Source: Alphaproteobacteria bacterium
GTDB lineage: Bacteria > Pseudomonadota > Alphaproteobacteria > Puniceispirillales > UBA1172
Reading direction: 5' to 3'
Assembly (NCBI GenBank): GCA_016778985.1
Contig: JADHOM010000001.1
Location: forward strand, 173,613 to 237,612
Length of the DNA: 64,000 nt
This document shows positions 40,132 to 47,738 of this stretch, piece after piece. Each line of letters begins with the position of its first letter. The stretch's first letter is position 1. Below the pieces are notes generated by a model that saw only the letters and a program-made list of their open reading frames with translations, was not told the origin of the DNA and did no database searches. A program made the position numbers and the translations under genes.

Positions 40132-41133
40132 TTATCCGTTTGTTGTCATTGCTGCTGATATCTTGCCCCGATAGACAGCGATCAGTTGCGCCAGAATTGA
40201 AACGGCAATCTCAGCCGGAGTTTTCGCCATAATTGCTAATCCGGCGGGGGCGTTAATGCGGGCAAGCTGATCATCATTAAAGCCATTTGCTTTTAATCGC
40301 TCACAGCGTTTGGCGTGAGTGCGCGTGCTGCCTAAACTGGCGATATAAAACGCTGGTTTTCCAAGTGCCACCTGTAGCGCCGCATCATCGAGTTTAGGAT
40401 CATGGGTTAGTGTCACAATCGCTGTATGCTCATCAATATTGGCACTCTCTAATAACTCATCAGGCCAGTCGGTGATAATGGCGATATTAGGAAAGCGCTC
40501 AGCATTGGCAAAATGGCGGCGCGGATCAATGATAGTGGTGTTAAAGCCAGCAGCAATGGCCATGGGGGCGAGATGCTGGCTGATATGTACCCCGCCAATG
40601 ATATAAAACCTTGGTTCAGGTGGGATAACCAAATAAAAATGCTTAGCATCATCATTACATTGATTGGTTGGATATAGATTTGCCGCCTGCTCTGGGCTTG
40701 CCACCCGCATCTGATGCTGATGGAGCTGGCAATCAATAGCAATCATTTGGTGCTGCGCCGACTGTGTTTTGACATAAGAAAACAGTTGAGCCGCATCATT
40801 CTCAAAGGCAGAGGCGGCACAGACCCAAACCGATATTGCGCCGCCACAAGATAATCCGACTTGCCAAGCATCGGCGTCAGCAACCGCAAAATCTAATCTT
40901 TGCGATGTTTTTCTGGCCATAACGTCATGTGCGGCTGTGATAACAGCGCTTTCAACACAGCCGCCAGACACTGAACCTGCAATCTGTTCATCATCACGGA
41001 TAATCATGATGCTGCCTGCTGGCCGTGGTGATGACCCCCATGTCTGGATAACAATAGCAATAGCCAGATTATGCCCAGACTGATGCCAGTCAGCGGCAAT
41101 GGTCAGAATATTGTCATTAGATAATGGCCGCAT
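40132..41133 (-). CDS. xdhC: XdhC/CoxI family molybdoenzyme maturation protein
   Basis: Two-domain architecture: XdhC_CoxI N-domain (WGSSPRPAGS...GSVSGGCVE) and a Rossmann-like C-domain (FYIIGGVHISQ). Confidence 0.85.
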   Translation of the reverse strand: MRPLSNDNILTIAADWHQSGHNLAIAIVIQTWGSSPRPAGSIMIIRDDEQIAGSVSGGCVESAVITAAHDVMARKTSQRLDFAVADADAWQVGLSCGGAISVWVCAASAFENDAAQLFSYVKTQSAQHQMIAIDCQLHQHQMRVASPEQAANLYPTNQCNDDAKHFYLVIPPEPRFYIIGGVHISQHLAPMAIAAGFNTTIIDPRRHFANAERFPNIAIITDWPDELLESANIDEHTAIVTLTHDPKLDDAALQVALGKPAFYIASLGSTRTHAKRCERLKANGFNDDQLARINAPAGLAIMAKTPAEIAVSILAQLIAVYRGKISAAMTTNG

Positions 41134-41265
41134 AGCTGTCCCCGGCTAAAATATTTCACGTTGCATCAGAATACAATTTTATCTTAGAACATGCATCAGA
41201 TGTTAACAATGACGCTGAAACACGCTAAGATATTATTAATTAATACCTTATATAAAGGGGGTAAC

Positions 41266-41763
41266 ATGCGGTCTTTCTCATTATTGATTATTGGCGGTAT
41301 TTTTGGTGCCATGATCGGGTTTTTAGTAGCAGCAGGTTATGGCATTACACTGGATGGGCATGACCATGCAACAGACCATCATAATCCTGGTGCCCATGAT
41401 AGTGCAGAAAAAACAGAACATAAGCATGATAAGATGATTGATCTTTCTGCTATGGCTAACCCGCCATCGGTTAAACTAATGGCGGTGGAAGACAGCGTAT
41501 CGGGCTGGAATCTTCATGTCCAAACTGAGCATTTTACGTTTTCTGCTGATCAGGCAGGAGGCGAACATGCGCCTGGGTTCGGGCATGCGCATCTCTATGT
41601 TGATGGCGTTAAACTATCTAGACTTTATGGAGAATGGGCGCATTTAGGTGGCTTGGCGCCGGGCGAGCATGTGATCCGTGTCACCTTAAATGCCAATAGT
41701 CATGAAGCGCTCACCGTTGGCGGTAATATGATCGCTGCAGACATCACCGTCATGCAAAAATAA
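41266..41763 (+). CDS. Hypothetical membrane-anchored His-rich protein
   Basis: ATG at 41266 follows AAAGGGGG. One N-terminal TM segment is followed by a His-rich stretch (GHDHATDHHNPGAHDSAEKTEHKHD). A beta-rich domain with GFGHAHLYVDG follows. Confidence 0.5.
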   Translation: MRSFSLLIIGGIFGAMIGFLVAAGYGITLDGHDHATDHHNPGAHDSAEKTEHKHDKMIDLSAMANPPSVKLMAVEDSVSGWNLHVQTEHFTFSADQAGGEHAPGFGHAHLYVDGVKLSRLYGEWAHLGGLAPGEHVIRVTLNANSHEALTVGGNMIAADITVMQK

Positions 41764-41845
41764 ATACACTTGATACCCCTATTGTGACGACCTGAGCATG
41801 TCATGATAAGGGGCATGCCATAATAAGGGAAAATCAGAGTAATAT

Positions 41846-42601
41846 ATGACGTTATACATAGTCACCATGCTTGCCATTGGGGCACTGGCTGGTGGATTTA
41901 TTACTGGTCTGGCGGGCTTTGGCACAGCCTTATTTGCCTTGGGCTGGTGGCTCGTTGTTCTGCCGCCCAAAGATGCGGTGACCGTGGTTATTATCATGTC
42001 ATTAATCGGCGGCATTCAAGGCATGATTGAGGTCAGGCATGTCATAAACCCAAGCCGACTTGCCCGCTATACTGTGCCTGCCTTGCTTGGGGTGCCGTTT
42101 GGGATAGCTGGTCTGGCTGTGATCAATGTCTTTATCTTAAAGCTGATTATCGGCTGTTTGCTGATTATGTTTGGCCTCTATTCCATTTTGCGCTGGCATA
42201 TGCCCCGCATATCATCATCCACCCCTTGGATTGATGTCTTAATTGGCAGCATTGGCGGCGTGTTAGGTGGTCTGGCTGGCCTGTCTGGGGCGATACCAAC
42301 GATGTGGGTAACTCTGCATGACTGGAATAAAGCTGATAGGCGCGCGATTCTGCAACCCTTTAATATGCTGGTTTTAGGGGCGGTATTAATTGCCTTTGTG
42401 ATTCAAGGCAAGGTGACGAGGGATGTGCTATTTCTTGCTTTGCTGGCTTTTCCATTTACTTTGCTTGGTGCGCGGCTAGGGCTTTTGCTTTATCGCCGCG
42501 TCAATGATGAGCAATTTTTGCGGATTATCATCTGGCTTATCCTGATATCAGGTGTCGTTCTGGTTAGTCGGGAATGGGCATATGTGATTAGCCAAATATA
42601 A
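41846..42601 (+). CDS. TauE/SafE (DUF81) family anion exporter
   Basis: The 251-aa protein has 7-8 TM segments. The N-terminal motif is GGFITGLAGFGTAL, with an internal repeat GGVLGGLAGLSGA. Confidence 0.83.
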   Translation: MTLYIVTMLAIGALAGGFITGLAGFGTALFALGWWLVVLPPKDAVTVVIIMSLIGGIQGMIEVRHVINPSRLARYTVPALLGVPFGIAGLAVINVFILKLIIGCLLIMFGLYSILRWHMPRISSSTPWIDVLIGSIGGVLGGLAGLSGAIPTMWVTLHDWNKADRRAILQPFNMLVLGAVLIAFVIQGKVTRDVLFLALLAFPFTLLGARLGLLLYRRVNDEQFLRIIIWLILISGVVLVSREWAYVISQI

Positions 42602-42710
42602 GCCCAAATATAAATACAGCCACCATGACAGGCATCGGATATAGCCTATACTTTGCTTCATCTTTATGTCTTAATACCCCCTAACATTAATTATTAATTA
42701 TATATTTTAC

Positions 42711-44150
42711 ATGACAGATTTTTGTAATATGACAGCAACCGCATTGGTTGCTGGGATTCAAGCTGGTGACTTTGCATGTGCCGAAGTGATGGCAGCATCC
42801 ATTGCCAGAATTGAGGCAGTTGATCCGGCGGTTAATGCCATGGTAACACGTGATTTTGATCGCGCCATGGCCAGCGCAAAGGCGGTTGACGCCAAACGCC
42901 TAAGCAACGAAGATATTGGGCCGCTAGCTGGCCTGCCCATAGGAATTAAAGACCTCGAAGCAACCAAAGGCATAACAACAACCTATGGATCACTGCCGCA
43001 TAAAGACCATGTTCCTGATCAGGATGATGTGTCAGTTGCCAATGTAAAGGCTAAGGGCGGCATTGTTATCGGCAAAACTAATACCCCTGAATATGGTACT
43101 GGTGGCAACACATGGAATAATGTATTCGGCGTCACCACCAATCCATTTGATACAGATAAAACGCCTGCTGGCTCATCTGGTGGGTCTGCCGTGGCATTAG
43201 CAACTGGCATGGTACCGCTGGCCACAGGATCAGATTTTGGTGGCAGTCTGCGCACGCCTGCTAGCTTCTGCGGGGTTGTTGGCTTCCGCCCTAGCCCTGG
43301 TCTCGTTCCCGATGAAAATAAAGCGGTTGGTCTGGCGCCTTTTGCAGTATTAGGGCCGATGGCACGGGTGGTTGCTGATGCTGTGCTGTTATGTGACGCG
43401 CAATCATCATTTGATGCGCGTGATCCGTTCTCAAGGGCGAGGCAAGGCGCTATGGCACCGTCCATGCAAGCGGCTGATTTGAGCCAGATGACAGCGGCGA
43501 TATCAGCTGATTTAGGAGTTGCTCCGGTTGCTAAGGCGATTAGGCAGCTGTTTGATCAGCGGATGCGGTATCTGACATCAAGCTTTGCTGAGGCACAAAA
43601 ACGTGATCCGGTGTTTGATCATATCCATGATTGTTTTGAGGTTTTGCGTGGTGTCAGTTATGTCGCTGGATGTAAAGATATTGTCGACAAGCACCGTGAT
43701 GTTGTCAGCCCATTGATGATTGATAATGTTGATAGAGCTTTAGCATACAGCCTTGCCGATGTTGCCGATGCCTCGCATACACAAAGCATTTTGGCGAAAG
43801 CATGGCTAGCCTTATTTGATGAGGTTGATGTTGTCATTTGTCCAGCTGCGTCGGTAGCACCTTATCCGCATAAGGATAAGTTTGTCGCCGAAATTGATGG
43901 GGTTAAAATGCCAACTTATATGACATGGCTGGCACTCAGCTATGCGCCAACTATGGTCATGGCATGTTCGCTGGTTGTCCCATGTGGGGTTGATGCTGAT
44001 GGCCTGCCCTTTGGGATACAGTTGCTAGGGCCGCCGGGGGGTGATCGCAAATTGCTGGAAATCGGCCTTGCCATAGAAGCCGTGTTAGCGGCAGAACCAG
44101 AAACCATGCGCCCCCACCCAGACATCAATAAGCTGATATCAGCACGCTAA
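42711..44150 (+). CDS. Amidase-signature family amidase
   Basis: The Ser-cisSer-Lys signature is present: IGIKD ... GSSGGSAVALATGMVPLATGSDFGGSLRTPASFCG. Confidence 0.9.
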   Translation: MTDFCNMTATALVAGIQAGDFACAEVMAASIARIEAVDPAVNAMVTRDFDRAMASAKAVDAKRLSNEDIGPLAGLPIGIKDLEATKGITTTYGSLPHKDHVPDQDDVSVANVKAKGGIVIGKTNTPEYGTGGNTWNNVFGVTTNPFDTDKTPAGSSGGSAVALATGMVPLATGSDFGGSLRTPASFCGVVGFRPSPGLVPDENKAVGLAPFAVLGPMARVVADAVLLCDAQSSFDARDPFSRARQGAMAPSMQAADLSQMTAAISADLGVAPVAKAIRQLFDQRMRYLTSSFAEAQKRDPVFDHIHDCFEVLRGVSYVAGCKDIVDKHRDVVSPLMIDNVDRALAYSLADVADASHTQSILAKAWLALFDEVDVVICPAASVAPYPHKDKFVAEIDGVKMPTYMTWLALSYAPTMVMACSLVVPCGVDADGLPFGIQLLGPPGGDRKLLEIGLAIEAVLAAEPETMRPHPDINKLISAR

Positions 44151-44211
44151 TATTAACACCATAATATAAACTAAGCCGATATCAGCACTTTTATTGATCT
44201 GGAGGCTGGGG

Positions 44212-44814
44212 TTAGACGCCAGCCGGATTTTCCAGATCAGCCCCAATCGCGGCTAAATCAGAATAGCGATCACCAATGCGGTGATGCGGTCTGCCACCGG
44301 TTGAGCCAGCAAAGGCAACGATCAATTCATGATTTGTCGGTGCATCATGGATATGCATCTGGACTGTCAGATAATGTGACCGCCTGCCTGTATCATTTTT
44401 ATCCATGAGCGGAATACTGATCTGCGTATTGGCAGGGCCGCGGGTATTCGTAAATCCGAGATAGGCTTTGCCGCCAATCGCCTTGCGCAAGGCATTGCCA
44501 TAATTAACGGTATGGATAATGGCTGATGCATGTTCAAGTTCACCTTCAAGCCCTGCCATAGACGCCTTGCCAATGGCTTCGATAGCTTCCCCTCCGCCGC
44601 CAAGTTCTAGCATTTGGTCAGTCAGAATCTGTCCCAATTTAGGCCCAAATGCCTTGATCTCTGGCATCAGGTCATCAACAAACCCACGGCCTGACCATGG
44701 ATTTTGAATGACGGCGGCGGCGGCAAAAAGCACTAATGGCGCCTCCGCTGCTTTGCCGCCATCTGATGTGATGACTTCTTTATAGGTAACGATTTTTCTA
44801 ATCTGTGGTTCCAT
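44212..44814 (-). CDS. Amino-acid-synthesis (AA_synth/DUF1185) family protein, paralog 2
   Basis: It shares IRK, NPW/F.G, GKA.(M)AG.EGELE, SH, DAP and RPHHRIG blocks with the ORF at 37949-38524. It is last in the ridA-hydrolase operon. Confidence 0.6.
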   Translation of the reverse strand: MEPQIRKIVTYKEVITSDGGKAAEAPLVLFAAAAVIQNPWSGRGFVDDLMPEIKAFGPKLGQILTDQMLELGGGGEAIEAIGKASMAGLEGELEHASAIIHTVNYGNALRKAIGGKAYLGFTNTRGPANTQISIPLMDKNDTGRRSHYLTVQMHIHDAPTNHELIVAFAGSTGGRPHHRIGDRYSDLAAIGADLENPAGV

Positions 44815-44846
44815 GAAGGTGATTTCCTTTCTCTAATTCACTCTTA

Positions 44847-45653
44847 CTAGTAATGATGCTTTTTCAAAAAACTGATCAGCATGGTGTTAAATCGTTCAGG
44901 CGCTTCCATCATGGCCATATGCCTAAGGCCGTTTACAATGACACATTCAGATTGCGGTATCTCAGCGGCAATGGCGGCACTCATATCAGGATTATTGCCG
45001 AAATCTTCATCACCAGTCATGACTAGTGCTGGGCAGGATATCGGCGGCTGTGGGGCGATTAGTTCATCGACGCCATCAACCAGCACCTGATAAATTGCTG
45101 GATAAATAGCCTTATCATTGGCTTTTACCCAAGATCGGATGAGATCTAGTGTTGCTGGCATGGCTTCCCTGAAATCATCAGTAAACCAACGGATTAATGC
45201 GTCTTCGACGGTGGCATCTGGGCCATCTTTCTGGGCTTGATAGACACGGCTTTGGATATGATCATGCGCGGCTTTGCTGCGTTTGTGAGGAGAATGTAAA
45301 ATGCCAATGCTGGCGACTTTGTCTGGATAATCCATGGCAAAGCGGCGCGTAATCATGCCGCCAAGCGAAAATCCCATGACGCTAGCACTGGCGATGTTCA
45401 ACGCCTCCATAATATCAGCAAGTTGCTGTGAAAACATCCGTAAACTAGGTTTTTCAGGCGGTGGCGGTGATGCCCCATGACCATAAAGATCATAGCAGAT
45501 GACTTGATTATAGGCGGTTAGCGGCTTTATCTGATGCTCCCACATACCCTTATTCAGCCCAAGTCCATGTATCAAGATGATCGGCGGGGTATTAGCATCA
45601 GCGCGATGCCCATGCAGCTCAACATAAGTACCATTTTCGGTAACGGTAATCAT
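44847..45653 (-). CDS. Alpha/beta-fold hydrolase
   Basis: HGLGLN oxyanion region, nucleophile elbow GFSLGG, and C-terminal His context GLRHMAMME. The start overlaps the ridA stop. Confidence 0.85.
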   Translation of the reverse strand: MITVTENGTYVELHGHRADANTPPIILIHGLGLNKGMWEHQIKPLTAYNQVICYDLYGHGASPPPPEKPSLRMFSQQLADIMEALNIASASVMGFSLGGMITRRFAMDYPDKVASIGILHSPHKRSKAAHDHIQSRVYQAQKDGPDATVEDALIRWFTDDFREAMPATLDLIRSWVKANDKAIYPAIYQVLVDGVDELIAPQPPISCPALVMTGDEDFGNNPDMSAAIAAEIPQSECVIVNGLRHMAMMEAPERFNTMLISFLKKHHY

Positions 45654-46039
45654 GCGGATAAAGGGCGGTATGCGACGACTTCAACTTCAACCCGAACATC
45701 GACCAAAAGCTCACTGATAACGGCAGATCGGGCAGGTGGGTCTTGAGGAAAATAGTCAGCATAGACGCTATCGAAACCCGGGAAATCAGCGCGCTCCCGC
45801 AGCCATACCATAGATTTGACAACATCAGATAGAGAGCAATCAGCAAGCGCCAGCGTGGCTTTTATCGCCTCCAGAACAACTTGCGTTTGCTGCTCTATTG
45901 TGCCTTCGGTCATGACCACCCCATCTTGCATTGGTATCTGCCCGGTTAAATAGACAAAATCTCCGGCTCTGATCGCCCGTGATAATGACAAGGTTCGGCC
46001 ATTAATGACCAAAGGATCACCGATAACAGTTTTCATCAT
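45650..46039 (-). CDS. ridA: RidA/YjgF family reactive-intermediate (enamine/imine) deaminase
   Basis: The 129-aa protein has typical YjgF blocks (GDFVYLTGQIP, PARSAV...EVEVVA). Confidence 0.85.
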   Translation of the reverse strand: MMKTVIGDPLVINGRTLSLSRAIRAGDFVYLTGQIPMQDGVVMTEGTIEQQTQVVLEAIKATLALADCSLSDVVKSMVWLRERADFPGFDSVYADYFPQDPPARSAVISELLVDVRVEVEVVAYRPLSA

Positions 46040-46106
46040 TTCCTCTTTTTAATATCCAGCAACAATATCTCACTGATGGTCACTGGCATTTGATGATCTG
46101 ATTTTC

Positions 46107-46121
46107 ATTTTTTCGCCAAAA
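46107..46121. promoter_or_regulatory. Motif ATTTTTTCGCCAAAA in the ridA/ALDH divergent spacer (shared with 51965 and 59304)
   Basis: Read directly. The 10-mer TTTTTCGCCA is identical to the one at 51967-51976. Confidence 0.3.
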
Positions 46122-46220
46122 CATGGCTAAAAACTTAATCTTGGGCTTTCATCACTTCTTACCATAATATGCACAAGATACCACTTTTATATAATGCTTT
46201 TTAATTTGGAGGAATGAGCA

Positions 46221-47705
46221 ATGGCAGATCAGAAAACCTATCAGATGCTGATTGATGGAGCGTGGGTAGATGCCAGCGATGGGAAGACGTTTCCTAGCAT
46301 TAACCCAACCACTGAACAGCCATGGTGCCATATTCCGGAGGCGACCGAAAGTGATGTCAATCAAGCGGTTGAGGCCGCGCATCGCGCCTTTAGTGAAGGC
46401 GCCTGGGCCAGGATGACGCCAACTGATCGTGGCCGCCATTTGCGGCGGTTAGCCGAATTGCTTAGTGAAAAATCAGAAGAATTAGGGCGCACAGAAACCA
46501 TTGATACGGGCAAAATGCTCAAAGAAACCCGTTGGCAGGCAAAGTATATTGCTGAGTTTTTCCATTTTTATGCCGGCTGCGCGGATAAGGTTCATGGCGA
46601 AACTCTGCCCATTGATAAACCAGACATGATGACCATGACATTTCGTGAGCCACTTGGTGTGGTGGCGGCGGTGGTGCCATGGAATTCACAATTATTTCTG
46701 GTCGCGGTCAAGATTGGCCCGGCATTGGCGGCTGGCAATACGGTGGTGCTGAAAGCATCTGAACATGCTTCTGCCGCTATGCTTGAGTTTGGCAGGCTGA
46801 TTGAGCAGGCAGGCTTCCCGCCGGGGGTGGTTAACATTATAACTGGCCATGCTGATCCTTGTGGTAAGGTGCTGACCTCGCATCCCTTGGTGGCACGAAT
46901 TAGCTTTACAGGCGGTACTGGTGCGGCTCGCCATGTGGTCCGGAACTCGGCTGAAAACTTTGCCGAAGTCTCACTTGAGCTAGGCGGCAAATCGCCATTT
47001 ATTGTCTTTGATGATGCCAATATTGAAAGCGCGGTTAACGGCTCTATCGCTGGTATTTTTGGGGCTAGTGGACAAAGCTGTGTGGCTGGCTCACGGCTAT
47101 ATTTGCATAATCGCATTGCTGATCAGTTTCTCGATAAGATGCTTGATCAGGTCAACCAGATTAGGATCGGTGACCCATTAGAAGACGCTACCCAAATGGG
47201 GCCTTTGGCAACAATGGATCAGATTAATCATATTGAAAATCAGGTCAAAATTGCAAAAGCCGAAGGTGCCGATATTCTGACGGGTGGCAAGCGACCATCG
47301 ACACCTAACCAAGGCTGGTTTTATGAGCCAACAATTATTTCTTGCCCTGATCAAAACTTGACGATTGTTGATACGGAATTGTTTGGCCCTGTCCTTAGCG
47401 TCATGCGTTTTGATGATGAGGCTGAGGTTTTGCAACGTGCTAATGACAGTAAATATGGTCTGGCGGCAGGCATATTTACGGCCAATCAAGCGCGCGCTAT
47501 GCGGATGACACAATCGGTTAATGCTGGCATTGTTTGGGTCAATACCTATCGCATGGTATCACCGATCGCACCGTTTGGCGGGTTCAAGGATTCAGGCTAT
47601 GGCCGGGAAAGTGGAATGCAGGCGATTTATGATTATACGCGGCCGAAAACGGCATGGATTAATATCTCAGATGATCCTATCACCAATCCATTTGTCATGC
47701 GCTAA
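46221..47705 (+). CDS. NAD(P)-dependent aldehyde dehydrogenase
   Basis: GGAGG lies upstream. ELGGKSP and the catalytic Cys context GQSCVAGSR are present. Size is 494 aa. Confidence 0.92.
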   Translation: MADQKTYQMLIDGAWVDASDGKTFPSINPTTEQPWCHIPEATESDVNQAVEAAHRAFSEGAWARMTPTDRGRHLRRLAELLSEKSEELGRTETIDTGKMLKETRWQAKYIAEFFHFYAGCADKVHGETLPIDKPDMMTMTFREPLGVVAAVVPWNSQLFLVAVKIGPALAAGNTVVLKASEHASAAMLEFGRLIEQAGFPPGVVNIITGHADPCGKVLTSHPLVARISFTGGTGAARHVVRNSAENFAEVSLELGGKSPFIVFDDANIESAVNGSIAGIFGASGQSCVAGSRLYLHNRIADQFLDKMLDQVNQIRIGDPLEDATQMGPLATMDQINHIENQVKIAKAEGADILTGGKRPSTPNQGWFYEPTIISCPDQNLTIVDTELFGPVLSVMRFDDEAEVLQRANDSKYGLAAGIFTANQARAMRMTQSVNAGIVWVNTYRMVSPIAPFGGFKDSGYGRESGMQAIYDYTRPKTAWINISDDPITNPFVMR

Positions 47706-47738
47706 CAGCAAGACAAAGCTGATATAGAGAGGGGTTGA

